Origin: Vulcanimicrobiota bacterium
Lineage (GTDB): Bacteria > Vulcanimicrobiota > Vulcanimicrobiia > Vulcanimicrobiales > Vulcanimicrobiaceae
Assembly (NCBI GenBank): GCA_963833095.1
Contig: CAWHWQ010000005.1
Span: 384,001-448,000 of the forward strand
Reading direction: 5' to 3'
Length of the DNA stretch: 64,000 nucleotides
The stretch's first letter is position 1. Every line of letters starts with the position of its first letter. A program made the position numbers and the translations under genes. The notes beneath the pieces are model-generated. The model worked only from the letters and a program-made list of their open reading frames with translations. It searched no databases and had not been told where the DNA came from. This document shows, piece by piece, positions 54,632 to 64,000 of the stretch.

Positions 54632-54650
54632 ATCTTACAAGGAGCCGCAC

Positions 54651-55307
54651 GTGGTACGTCGCTACCTGATCGCATTGGTCGCGTTGCTCGTCTCTTCGTC
54701 GTGTATCGGCTTGGCGGCCGATACGCTCTCACCCAAGCCTCAAGGCGCCGAAGTCGGCTTTGTCGCAAGCATCCAAAAAGATTTGAGCGCCCGCTACGCG
54801 ACGATCGCGCAGGCGCAGACAGCCGGCTATTTCCGGTACACCAACGAAGACAAGACCGGCTCGATCAGCTATGCCAACCTGCAGTGGACCTCCAGCGACC
54901 CGCAACATCCCAGCCAACTGTGGTATAGCGTTGACGGTAAATTACTCGGCGCTGATTTTTCACGACCGTACGTTGCCGGAAGTGCGCCCAACCTCTGGGG
55001 CGTCAATCCGGCGCGTTGGTCGCGCTTTAACGCGCACATTCACTGGGTGCTCGACGTCGACGGTAAGGAAAGCTACGGAGCGACCAGCGTGGCAAAGTTC
55101 AAAGCCGCCGGCGGCGATCCCGACAATCCGCAGCCTGCAGCCGTCGTAGCGCTGGGCAAAGCTCACGACGCCTCGGAAGTTCGCAAGGTCTTTCTCTTTG
55201 ACGACATCTGGGATCTCGAAGTCTGGGTCATGCCCAATCCCAACGGCGCCTTCGCGGAGATGAACCCGCTCGTTCATCCAAGCGCAAGCGCCCAATCGAT
55301 GGATTAA
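54651..55307 (+). CDS. Hypothetical secreted protein
   Basis: AAGGAG RBS before GTG, signal peptide, C-terminal VW..PNPNGAF...NP motif. Confidence 0.7.
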   Translation: MVRRYLIALVALLVSSSCIGLAADTLSPKPQGAEVGFVASIQKDLSARYATIAQAQTAGYFRYTNEDKTGSISYANLQWTSSDPQHPSQLWYSVDGKLLGADFSRPYVAGSAPNLWGVNPARWSRFNAHIHWVLDVDGKESYGATSVAKFKAAGGDPDNPQPAAVVALGKAHDASEVRKVFLFDDIWDLEVWVMPNPNGAFAEMNPLVHPSASAQSMD

Positions 55308-55355
55308 CGAATAAGGCACGAGGGTTCTCGGCTCAGGGGCATCTGACAATCGGCT

Positions 55356-55442
55356 GGAGCCAGGATGGCGAGAGGACGATTTCAGTGAGCAGCATTTTCA
55401 CATGAGGTGAAAATGCGGGCGTCCCCGGAGATGAGGACGCTC
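55356..55442. repeat. Cluster of hairpins between convergent genes (terminator and/or palindromic repeat)
   Basis: GCC-AGGAT-GGC; perfect GCATTTTCAC-atgag-GTGAAAATGC; GCGTCC...GGACGC. Confidence 0.5.
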
Positions 55443-55447
55443 GTGAC

Positions 55448-56620
55448 TTACTCGTTACTCCAATAATCTTTCAGCGCTTTGCCGCGGGACGGGTGGCGGA
55501 GTTTACGGAGCGCCTTGGCTTCGATTTGGCGGATACGCTCGCGCGTCACGCCGAACTCCTGGCCGACTTCTTCGAGCGTGCGTTGATGGCCGTCTTCGAG
55601 CCCGAAGCGTAGCACCAACACTTTGCGTTCGCGCTCGGTGAGATTTTGCAGCACGTCCGCCATCTTCTCTTTGAGGAGCATGACGGAGGCTGCCTCGGCC
55701 GGTGCGACGGCTTCTTGGTCTTCGATGAAGTCGCCGAGATGCGAATCTTCTTCTTCGCCGATCGGCGTTTCGAGCGAGATCGGTTCTTGCGAGATCTTCA
55801 TGACCTCGCGAACCTTTTCGGGCGTTAGCGCCATCGCTTCGGCGATCTCTTCTACCGAGGGTTCGCGCCCAAGCTCTTGGAGCAACTGGCGGGAGACCTT
55901 GATCAAACGGTTGATCGTTTCGACCATGTGCACGGGGATGCGAATCGTCCGTGCCTGATCGGCGAGCGCACGCGTGATCGCCTGGCGAATCCACCACGTC
56001 GCGTAGGTCGAGAACTTATAGCCCTTACGGTAGTCGAATTTTTCGACCGCGCGGATCAGCCCCAGATTGCCCTCTTGAATCAAGTCAAGGAAGAGCATGC
56101 CGCGGCCGACATATTTCTTTGCGATCGAGACGACGAGGCGCAGGTTCGCCTCAGTGAGCTGGCGCTTGGCTTCGTCGCCGTCGGTGACCAGGCGCGCGTC
56201 AGCGGTGCCGTTCTTCTGGAGTTCGAGTTCGCCGGCTTCAATCCGCATCGCAAGCGACTTCTCTTGCTCCATCGAGAGCAGCGGAACGCGCCCGATCTCC
56301 TTGAGATACATGCGAACCGGATCGTCGAGTGAGAGCCCATCGGGGATCGGCTCCTCTTGCTCTTCTTCGACCGCCTCGCCTTCGGGCTTCTCTTCCTTTT
56401 GCTCATCGATGATCTCGATGCCGGCGGCGGTGATCTCCTCGAACAGGCCGTCGATTTCATCGGGGTTGACATCATCGAGCGCATCGAACGCCGAATTGAT
56501 TTCTTCGTACGTCAGCGAACTGCGCTGCTTTCCGCGCGCGATGAGCTTCTTCTTCAGTTCATCCAGCGTTAAAACCGGTTGCGCTTCGGCAACCGCGGCC
56601 GCTGATTTCTTGCGTGGCAC
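55448..56620 (-). CDS. rpoD: Primary RNA polymerase sigma factor
   Basis: [55 protein letters not shown]; region 1.1 present. Confidence 0.97.
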   Translation of the reverse strand: MPRKKSAAAVAEAQPVLTLDELKKKLIARGKQRSSLTYEEINSAFDALDDVNPDEIDGLFEEITAAGIEIIDEQKEEKPEGEAVEEEQEEPIPDGLSLDDPVRMYLKEIGRVPLLSMEQEKSLAMRIEAGELELQKNGTADARLVTDGDEAKRQLTEANLRLVVSIAKKYVGRGMLFLDLIQEGNLGLIRAVEKFDYRKGYKFSTYATWWIRQAITRALADQARTIRIPVHMVETINRLIKVSRQLLQELGREPSVEEIAEAMALTPEKVREVMKISQEPISLETPIGEEEDSHLGDFIEDQEAVAPAEAASVMLLKEKMADVLQNLTERERKVLVLRFGLEDGHQRTLEEVGQEFGVTRERIRQIEAKALRKLRHPSRGKALKDYWSNE

Positions 56621-56689
56621 TCGGACATCACCCCCTTTCTTGGATTTCTATGATTAGACTTGTGATTTTGGTTTACTTCTTTAAGATCG

Positions 56690-58507
56690 TTAACGTCGCT
56701 TCAATTTTGAAGCTAGTGTATTGAATTCGGCCAGTAGCTCCGTCGGGACGGGCTTTCCGGCCTGGAAAAGTTCGTCGATTGAATGGGAGAGCTCGGCGTA
56801 CCGGTCTGTCTCATCCTCATGGGTTAACCGCTCGACGATGCGGTCGAGATGCGCACGGCGCTCATCTGAGTCGCCATATCGCACCGTTGAACTGCGGTCC
56901 CTCTGCCCGAGAGAGGCCAACAGTTCCCGCGCCTCGTCGTCGTCCGCGCACGCAGCAAACGCGTCCGCGGCGGTCCGCAATTCACCTGCGTGGTCGATGA
57001 GAAGCCGGTAAGCTCGCCGGTACACCTCATTGCGAAAGCGGTGCGGCCCGATCCGGTTCGCGTATTCGAGAACCAGCGCGGGATCCTCAACGGCGATCCC
57101 AAGCACGTCACGTTCGAACGAGAGTGGTTCAAGCGCGCCAAACGTTCGGGTGACCGGAGCATGGCGACTCCCCGCCGCGCGCGCTCCGTCAGAACGTGGT
57201 GAAAAGTTGGCGCTATTAGCGAGGAAGCGGCTATTTCGAAGATCGTCGACGTTCACCTTCAATCGTCCGGCGACGTAGACACGCCAGCGGTCCCACTCCT
57301 CGCGCGGGGTCAATTCCCGGATCAACGCCTCAGCGTTGCGCGCGATCGCCGCCGGGGATTCGAATCCCGAACGGAGCCGATCGATTTGCGGATCGAGCTT
57401 GAACTCGATCGAGGGCTTGGCCGCATCGAGCAACGCCGCAAACCCCGCCGCCCCGTGCGCTCGCACGAAGCTATCGGGATCCTCACCTTGCGGGAGTGCG
57501 ACGATCCGGACGCTGGAACCGGTGTGCTCAATCACCTTAGACGCAATGTCTATCGTTTTGGTTGCAGCGCTGCTCCCGGCCGCGTCGGCATCGAAGCATA
57601 AGTAAATGTTGTCGGCATATTTACGCAGCTCCATCGCCTGTCGCTCGGTGAACGAGGTCCCAAGCGCCGCAACTGCGCCTTCAAACCCGGCCTGGTGCAA
57701 TGCAATGCAATCGAGATAGCCTTCGACGACGATAAGCGTACGGTCCGCTTGGGCGGCACGCCGCGCAACGTTGAGTGCGAAGAGATGATCGCCTTTGGTG
57801 TATACCGGCGTCGTGCTGGTGTTCAGATATTTCGGTTCGCCGGCTCCCAGCTCGCGACCGCCGAAAGCAATCACCTCGCCGGTCGTCGCGTAGGTCGGCA
57901 CCATGAGGCGATTGCGATAGAAATCGTAGTAACCGCCGCGCTGCGACGGCTTGACGAGACCGGCCTTTGCCGCCAGCTCCAAGTCAACGCCGTGCGCACG
58001 CAGTTCGTCGGCGAGACCATTCCAGCCGTCCGGCGCGTAGCCCAGATGAAACCTCTCGACGATCGCTTCTCCGAAGCCACGTCGTTCGCAGTACGCGCGG
58101 GCTGCATCGCCCGTCGCACCGCGCAGCATGCGCTCGAAATAGGCTGCGGCAAGCGCATTGGCTTCGTAGATCGCTTCGCGTTCATTGCGCACGCGCGCGG
58201 CACGTGGATCCTCGTTCTCGATTTCGATGCCGGCTTTTTTTGCAAGCACACGCGCAGCGTCACCGAAAGGCAAGTTCTCCAGCTTCATGGCAAAAGCGAT
58301 CACGTCGCCGCCCGCGCCGCATCCAAAGCATTTAAAATACCCCTCTTCGGGATGCACGTGGAACGACGGCGTCTTCTCGCCATGGAACGGGCACAGGCCA
58401 ACCAAGTCGCGCCCGCGCTTTTTCAGCGAAACGTACTGACCGATGAACGTGGCGATATCGATCCGGGTGTGGATCTCGCGAATGGCGCTTTGATCGAGGC
58501 GGGGCAT
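56690..58507 (-). CDS. dnaG: DNA primase
   Basis: CPFHGEKTPSF..C..C zinc finger, FGGR, KYLN, VEGYLD, FDADAAG, DPD. Confidence 0.97.
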   Translation of the reverse strand: MPRLDQSAIREIHTRIDIATFIGQYVSLKKRGRDLVGLCPFHGEKTPSFHVHPEEGYFKCFGCGAGGDVIAFAMKLENLPFGDAARVLAKKAGIEIENEDPRAARVRNEREAIYEANALAAAYFERMLRGATGDAARAYCERRGFGEAIVERFHLGYAPDGWNGLADELRAHGVDLELAAKAGLVKPSQRGGYYDFYRNRLMVPTYATTGEVIAFGGRELGAGEPKYLNTSTTPVYTKGDHLFALNVARRAAQADRTLIVVEGYLDCIALHQAGFEGAVAALGTSFTERQAMELRKYADNIYLCFDADAAGSSAATKTIDIASKVIEHTGSSVRIVALPQGEDPDSFVRAHGAAGFAALLDAAKPSIEFKLDPQIDRLRSGFESPAAIARNAEALIRELTPREEWDRWRVYVAGRLKVNVDDLRNSRFLANSANFSPRSDGARAAGSRHAPVTRTFGALEPLSFERDVLGIAVEDPALVLEYANRIGPHRFRNEVYRRAYRLLIDHAGELRTAADAFAACADDDEARELLASLGQRDRSSTVRYGDSDERRAHLDRIVERLTHEDETDRYAELSHSIDELFQAGKPVPTELLAEFNTLASKLKRR

Positions 58508-58590
58508 CGTGGTAACGGTACTATCCTCGGCCCACGTGCCAGAGCCTCCCCAAGGCCGGCCAATCGGTCTTCGAGAACCAGAAGCCGCAC

Positions 58591-59796
58591 GTGAAGCGCA
58601 TCTTCGACCCGGTCCATCACTTCATCGAGCTCGAGCCGGGCGAAGCCCGCCTGCTCGATCTGGCGCCGATGCAACGGCTGCGCCGCTTGCGCCAACTTGG
58701 CCTTGCCTACTTCGCGTTTCCGTCAGCGGAGCACTCACGTTTCACGCATGCGCTGGGCGCGCTCGCCATGGGCTCGCGCGCTTACGACGGGCTCATTCGT
58801 CATGCGGGCGATGCAGGCGCGCCGCAGCGCGCATACGAGCGGCGCCTGGTGCGCACCGCGCTACTCCTGCACGACGTGGGCCACGGCCCCTTCAGCCACG
58901 CGTGCGAGGCCGTGCTCGGCGTACGTCATGAGGAACGCACGCGCGAGATTCTTGCGCTGCCGGCGATGCGCGAGGGCATTGAGGCGCTCGACGTCGATCC
59001 GTCTGACGTCCTAGCGCTCATCGCGGGCGATCCGGGCACTGCCTATCCCGCGCTGCGCGAACTCGTCAGCGGACCAAATCTCGACGCCGACCGGATGGAC
59101 TATCTGCTGCGCGACGCCTACTTCACCGGCGTCGTTAGCGGTCGTTACGATGCCGATCAACTCGTGGCATCGCTACGTCTCTTCGAACGCGACGGCGCGG
59201 CCGTCGTCGGCATCGATTCGCGCGGCGTCGTCGCGCTCGAGTCATTTGTCGTGGCGCGTTATATGATGTTTGCTTCGGTCTATTTTCATCATACGACGCG
59301 CCTTTTCGAGCGCATTTTACAAGACGCGCTGCGCGAGCTGTGGCCCGATCCGCACGCGCTCGACGACATCGACGAATTTCTTCGCTGGGACGACTTTCGG
59401 GTGCTCAACGAGCTGCGCGATCGCGAAAGCGAGCCCGCCCGCGCGCTACGCGAGCGCGTTCGCATCTATGCGCGTGCCGCCGAGTTCAACGCCGAGGGCG
59501 ATCTGCGCGCTTACACGGCGTGCGAGAGCGCCCTGCGCGAGCGCTTCGGCACGGACGCGGTGTGGGCCGACGAACAGTCGCAGGTCATGCACCGTCTGCC
59601 GCTCGTGGCGGCCAAAGGTTCGCACACGGTGTGGGTCGGGACGCCGTCGGGCCTGGTCGATGCACGCGAAGTCTCCGACCTCATCAACAAGCTCAGCGGG
59701 AAAGCCTATTGGCGCAAACTCTTCGTGCGGCGCGACCGGGCCGACGTGCGCGAAGCCCGCGCCATGTGCGCGGAGATAATTACAGAGTATAGGTAG
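58591..59796 (+). CDS. HD-domain phosphohydrolase (YwfO/SAMHD1-like dNTP triphosphohydrolase family)
   Basis: DPVH, QRLRR..QLG, HSRFTH, LLHDVGHGPFSH, DADRMDYLLRD, VYFH. Confidence 0.9.
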   Translation: MKRIFDPVHHFIELEPGEARLLDLAPMQRLRRLRQLGLAYFAFPSAEHSRFTHALGALAMGSRAYDGLIRHAGDAGAPQRAYERRLVRTALLLHDVGHGPFSHACEAVLGVRHEERTREILALPAMREGIEALDVDPSDVLALIAGDPGTAYPALRELVSGPNLDADRMDYLLRDAYFTGVVSGRYDADQLVASLRLFERDGAAVVGIDSRGVVALESFVVARYMMFASVYFHHTTRLFERILQDALRELWPDPHALDDIDEFLRWDDFRVLNELRDRESEPARALRERVRIYARAAEFNAEGDLRAYTACESALRERFGTDAVWADEQSQVMHRLPLVAAKGSHTVWVGTPSGLVDAREVSDLINKLSGKAYWRKLFVRRDRADVREARAMCAEIITEYR

Positions 59797-59822
59797 GACT
59801 AGCGGCGAAGCCGCAGTCCGAC
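59793..59822 (+). repeat. GTAG-headed REP-like palindrome between convergent genes
   Basis: GTAGGACT-AGCGGCGAAGCCGC-AGTCCGAC. Confidence 0.55.
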
Positions 59823-59823
59823 T

Positions 59824-62490
59824 TTAGGTAAGAGTACCAAGGGTCGACTGCGCCGCAGCCAAACGCGCCACCGGAACGCGATACGGCGAGCACGATACGT
59901 AATCGAGCCCAATCTGATCGCAGAACGCCACGCTCGACGGCTCGCCGCCGTGTTCGCCGCAGATCCCGATCTTCAAGTCCGCGCGCGCGCCGCGGCCGAG
60001 CGAGACGCCCTGGCGCATCAACGCACCGACGCCTTGCCGGTCGAGCACTTGAAACGGATCGTCGCGCAAGATCTTTTTCTCGAGATAGACGGGAATGAAG
60101 CTGCCTTCCGCGTCATCGCGGCTGTAGCCGTAGGCCGTCTGCGTGAGGTCGTTGGTCCCAAAGGAAAAGAATTCGGCGATGGCCGCCAACTCATCCGCGA
60201 CGATGCACGCGCGCGGCAGCTCGACCATCGTGCCGATGTGGTACTCGACCGGCGTGCCGCGTTGCGCGATCACCTCATCCGCCACGGCTTTGGCGGCGTC
60301 AAAGGTGACTTGCATCTCTTCCTTGGTTCCCACGCCGGGGATCATCACGTCGGGCCGCGCATCGACGCCGCGTGCTTTGAGCTCGCAGGCTGCCTCAAAA
60401 ATCGCGCGGACTTGCATCGCGTAGATCTCAGGAAAAAGAATGCCGAGCCGGCAGACGCGCAATCCCAACATAGGATTTTGCTCGTGCAGCTGCTCTACAC
60501 GGCGTAGCACCGCCATCTTCTGCTTGTAGGCTGCGTCATCCGCGCCTTTAGTAAGGCGCAGTTCCGTCGTTTCAACGAGTAACTGCTCGAGCGAGGGCAA
60601 AAACTCGTGCAACGGCGGATCCAGCAGACGAATCGTCACCGGTAAGCCCGCCATTGCTTCGAGGATGCCGACGAAATCGGCGCGTTGAATCGGCAGGAGC
60701 TTCTCGAGCGCAGTCTCGCGCCCTTGCGGTGTGTTCGCCATGATCATCTGCTGCACGATCGGCAAGCGATCCGGCTGCATAAACATGTGCTCGGTCCGGC
60801 ACAGCCCGATGCCCTCCGCGCCGAGCTCACGCGCTTTGCGCGCATCTTCGGGCGTGTCGGCGTTCGCCCAGACCTCGAGGCGACGCAGCTTGTCGGCCCA
60901 CGAGAGAAACGTCGCGAGCCAATCCGGCAGCGTCGTCGGCGCATCGATCAGCGCGAGCTTGCCGACGATGACGTTGCCGGTACTCCCGTCGATCGTAAGC
61001 CAATCGCCCTCGTGAAACTCGCGCTCACCGATACGAAGAATTTTATTGCGCCGGTCGATCTCAAGCGCTTCGCAGCCCGCCACGCAGGGTTTGCCCATGC
61101 CGCGCGCCACGACCGCGGCGTGCGAGGTGGCGCCACCCTTCGCGGTCAGCACACCACGCGAGGCGATCATGCCGTGGACGTCATCGGGTGTCGTCTCGAC
61201 GCGTACGAGGATCGTATCTTTGCCCTGTTCTTTCCACGCAACCGCATCGTCGGCGGTGAACACGATCTGTCCCGCGGCTGCACCCGGTGACGCGTTGAGG
61301 CCCTTGGCGACAACGTCGATTCGCGCTTTGGGATCGATGCGAGCGTGGAAGAGTTGATCCAGCGATTCGGCCGGGACACGCGAGAGGGCGGTTCGCTCGT
61401 CGATCAAGCCTTCGCGCACCATATCGAGTGCAATGCGGACCGCCGCTTCCGCGCTACGTTTGCCGCTGCGCGTTTGGAGCATATAGAGCTTTCCGCGCTC
61501 AACCGTAAACTCGATGTCCTGCATGTCGCGGTAATGGTGTTCGAGCCGCTGCGCGATGTCGTCAAATTGCTGGTAAATCTCCGGCTGCGTCCGCTTGAGA
61601 TCGGCAATCTTCTCCGGCGTGCGGGTGCCCGCAACCACGTCTTCGCCTTGCGCGTTGGTCAGATACTCACCGAAGAGCACGTGCTCGCCGGTATTGGGAT
61701 CACGCGTGAACGCAACGCCCGTCCCGGAATCATCGCCCATGTTCCCGAAGACCATCTCGACGACGCTCACCGCCGTTCCCCATTCGTCGGAAATTTTGTT
61801 GAACCGGCGATAGTCGATCGCTCGTCGCGAATTCCACGAATCGAAGACGGCCTGAATCGCAAGGCGCAACTGCTCGCTCACGTCTTGCGGGAAGGGATGC
61901 CCGCTGCGCTCGAGCACGACTGATTTGAAGTTCTCGGAGAGAGCGCGCCACGAGGCGGCATCGACTTGCGGATCGCTCTCGACACCCAGTGCGCGTTTGC
62001 GCTGCTCGATCAGTTCGTCGAAGTGCTCTTTTTCGATGCCGAGCACGACTTCGGCGAACATCATAATAAAACGCCGATAGGCGTCCCAGGCGAAGCGTTC
62101 ATTGCTCGTGAGCTTTACGAGTCCGGCAACGGTTCGATCGTTGAGACCCAAGTTGAGAATCGTATCCATCATCCCGGGCATCGAGACGCGCGCACCGCTG
62201 CGCACCGAGACGAGAAGCGGATCGGCGGCGTCGCCGAATCGTTTTCCGGTCCGCGCTTCGAGTTCGCGCATCGACCGCTCGACTTGCGCATCGAGGCCGC
62301 TGGGATATTTGCGGCCGTCCCGGTAAAAGTCCAGGCACGCCGCGGTCGTAATGATGAAGCCCTGCGGAACCGGAAGCCCGGCGCGCGTCATCTCGGCCAG
62401 GCCCGCGCCTTTGCCGCCGAGGAGGTCGGTCATCGATCCGTCGCCCTCGTCAAAGAAGTAGACATACTTTGTCGCTACGGTTGTCGTCAC
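59824..62490 (-). CDS. ppdK: Pyruvate, phosphate dikinase
   Basis: LLGGKGA, SVRSGA..SMPGMMDT, GGATSHAAVVARG, GIGLCRTEHMF, FSFGTNDLTQ, GICGEHGG; GGAGG RBS before GTG. Confidence 0.97.
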   Translation of the reverse strand: MTTTVATKYVYFFDEGDGSMTDLLGGKGAGLAEMTRAGLPVPQGFIITTAACLDFYRDGRKYPSGLDAQVERSMRELEARTGKRFGDAADPLLVSVRSGARVSMPGMMDTILNLGLNDRTVAGLVKLTSNERFAWDAYRRFIMMFAEVVLGIEKEHFDELIEQRKRALGVESDPQVDAASWRALSENFKSVVLERSGHPFPQDVSEQLRLAIQAVFDSWNSRRAIDYRRFNKISDEWGTAVSVVEMVFGNMGDDSGTGVAFTRDPNTGEHVLFGEYLTNAQGEDVVAGTRTPEKIADLKRTQPEIYQQFDDIAQRLEHHYRDMQDIEFTVERGKLYMLQTRSGKRSAEAAVRIALDMVREGLIDERTALSRVPAESLDQLFHARIDPKARIDVVAKGLNASPGAAAGQIVFTADDAVAWKEQGKDTILVRVETTPDDVHGMIASRGVLTAKGGATSHAAVVARGMGKPCVAGCEALEIDRRNKILRIGEREFHEGDWLTIDGSTGNVIVGKLALIDAPTTLPDWLATFLSWADKLRRLEVWANADTPEDARKARELGAEGIGLCRTEHMFMQPDRLPIVQQMIMANTPQGRETALEKLLPIQRADFVGILEAMAGLPVTIRLLDPPLHEFLPSLEQLLVETTELRLTKGADDAAYKQKMAVLRRVEQLHEQNPMLGLRVCRLGILFPEIYAMQVRAIFEAACELKARGVDARPDVMIPGVGTKEEMQVTFDAAKAVADEVIAQRGTPVEYHIGTMVELPRACIVADELAAIAEFFSFGTNDLTQTAYGYSRDDAEGSFIPVYLEKKILRDDPFQVLDRQGVGALMRQGVSLGRGARADLKIGICGEHGGEPSSVAFCDQIGLDYVSCSPYRVPVARLAAAQSTLGTLT

Positions 62491-62506
62491 GTTTCGCACC
62501 TCCACG

Positions 62507-63850
62507 CTAGCGGAGTTGTACCCCAAAATAGCGCTCGAGCGCTTCACTCGCAATGCGCTCCTGGCGCATCGAATCGCGCTCGCGGACCGTCACGGTCCCG
62601 TCTTCGAGCGTATCGTAGTCGACGGTGACGCAGAACGGCGTACCGATCTCGTCCTGTCGCCGATAGAGCTGACCGATGTTGCCCTCGTCATATTGCGTGC
62701 GGTGCAGCGGGCGTAGCGCTGCCTCGATCGCACGCGCACGTTCCACCAGTTCGGGCTTGTTGCGCGCGAGCGAGAAGACGGCGATCTGAACCGGCGCAAT
62801 AAAGGGATGGAAGCGCAGCACGGTACGTTCGGTCTCTTTTCCGTTGGGATCGACGCTCTTTTCACGTTCGTAGGCGTCGACCAGCATGGTGAGCGTCGTA
62901 CGATCCATGCCCGCCGAGCTTTCAATGAGGATCGGCGTGTAATGCGCCTTGCTCGCCTCGTCGTAGTAACGTAGGTCCTTCCCCGACAGCGCCATGTGCG
63001 CATCGAGATCGTAGGTGCCGCGGTGCGCGATCGATTCCAGTTCGCCCCAACCCCACGGGAAAAGATACTCGACGTCGATGCCCGCCTTTGCGTAGTGCGG
63101 GCGCTCCTGCTCCGTCAGCTCATAAAAGCGTAAGCGGTCGGCTTTGACGCCGTATTGCGAGTACCACGCCTTACGCCGCTCGACCCACTCCGCAAAGGCC
63201 TCGAGATCTTTGCCGTCGTCGGGCACGAAATACTCGAGTTCGGCTTGCTCGAATTCGCGCACGCGAAACGTGAAATTGCCCGGCGTAATCTCGTTGCGAA
63301 AAGACTTCCCGATCTGCGCGATCCCGAAAGGCGGCCGCTTGCGCGCGGTTTGATAGACGTTTTTAAAGTTGACGAAGATGCCTTGTGCGGTCTCCGGACG
63401 GAGATACGCGACCGAGGCGGTGTCTTCCATCGGGCCGACCTGCGTCTTCATCATCAGGTTGAAGTTGCGCGGGTCGGTGAAGCTGTCTTTGCTTCCACAA
63501 TCCGGGCATTGATGGACGTCTTTTAAATGATCGAAGCGAAAGCGGTGCTTGCAGACCTTGCAATCAACCAACTTGTCGTGAAAGACGTCGATGTGTCCCG
63601 AGGCCTTCCAGACCAGCGGATGCATGATGATGGATGAATCGAAGGCGACCACATCGTCGCGTAGCAACACGTTCTCGCGCCACCACGCTTCCTTGACGTT
63701 GCGCTTGAGCACGGCTCCCAGCGGCCCATAGTCCCAAAACCCGTTGATCCCGCCGTAGATCTCGCTCGACTGGAAGATAAATCCCCGCCGCTTGGCTAGA
63801 GCGGTGATTTCGTCCATCGTGACGGGGCTCTGGGGGGTCGTGATCTCCAT
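62507..63850 (-). CDS. glyQS: Glycine--tRNA ligase (alpha2 type)
   Basis: SEIYGG, WDYGPLG, LRPETAQGIF, GKSFRNEITP, REFEQ.E, YRRQDEIGTP. Confidence 0.96.
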   Translation of the reverse strand: MEITTPQSPVTMDEITALAKRRGFIFQSSEIYGGINGFWDYGPLGAVLKRNVKEAWWRENVLLRDDVVAFDSSIIMHPLVWKASGHIDVFHDKLVDCKVCKHRFRFDHLKDVHQCPDCGSKDSFTDPRNFNLMMKTQVGPMEDTASVAYLRPETAQGIFVNFKNVYQTARKRPPFGIAQIGKSFRNEITPGNFTFRVREFEQAELEYFVPDDGKDLEAFAEWVERRKAWYSQYGVKADRLRFYELTEQERPHYAKAGIDVEYLFPWGWGELESIAHRGTYDLDAHMALSGKDLRYYDEASKAHYTPILIESSAGMDRTTLTMLVDAYEREKSVDPNGKETERTVLRFHPFIAPVQIAVFSLARNKPELVERARAIEAALRPLHRTQYDEGNIGQLYRRQDEIGTPFCVTVDYDTLEDGTVTVRERDSMRQERIASEALERYFGVQLR

Positions 63851-63957
63851 AAGGGGTGTTCAATTTATCAAGCCCCTTCGAATACCCCCGGTAAGACTTT
63901 TGTCGTAGTTTATATCAATCTCTTGATATACCATGCAGCATATCAGGAGGAACAACA

Positions 63958-64000
63958 ATGTTTATCGCTTCGCTCGCACTCTCAGCCGCCGTCGCTACGG
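63958..64000 (+). CDS. Start of a probable secreted protein, truncated by window edge
   Basis: AGGAGG RBS, ATG, MFIASLALSAAVAT signal-like sequence. Confidence 0.55.
   Translation, partial: MFIASLALSAAVAT

Noticed and set aside
55255..55345. 6S RNA-like words (CCCCTGAGCCGA and GAGCGGGTTCA on the minus strand)
   Set aside because: The second word lies within the coding sequence M-N-P-L of the upstream gene, the spacing is too short and no closing stem is visible
58591..59796. HD dNTPase as an anti-phage nucleotide-depletion system
   Set aside because: Sits between ppdK and dnaG in a core region and matches the widespread housekeeping YwfO-like family

Overview
GC-rich (roughly 60-65% by eye) bacterial chromosomal window made up mostly of housekeeping and metabolic genes. 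Gene content and order (alpha2-type glyQS-ppdK ... dnaG-rpoD with a short sigmaA, futalosine-pathway mqnB/mqnD, a copper-amine-oxidase-N 'stalk' protein, leaderless-looking starts) suggest a Terrabacteria-group soil organism, possibly Eremiobacterota/Vulcanimicrobiota; this is inference only. Recognisable genes include queD, queE, mqnB, mqnD (frameshifted), namZ, gltB, glcD/glcE-like, a YtpB-like terpene synthase, trxB, malic enzyme, tldD/tldE, dacB, an M1 aminopeptidase, an RND pump, tRNA-Leu(GAG), kamB-kamC-kce, mntP, proline dehydrogenase, dtd, rpoD, dnaG, ppdK and glyQS. No prophage, transposase, integrase or CRISPR array was seen. The strongest unexplained signal is a ~280-nt element (28576-28855) of nested and crossing long inverted repeats with G-U pairs biased to the + strand. 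It fills the gap between an OmpR-type regulator and a MocR-type regulator and overlaps the MocR start codon, and is a candidate new structured ncRNA or RNA switch. Other notable items: an inverted pair of REP-like palindromes enclosing a small gene missed by the ORF track (10390-10870), two adjacent apparent pseudoenzymes, an orphan kamBC-kce cluster, probable CTG starts, and a 2.3-kb stretch dense in frameshifts that is probably sequence error.
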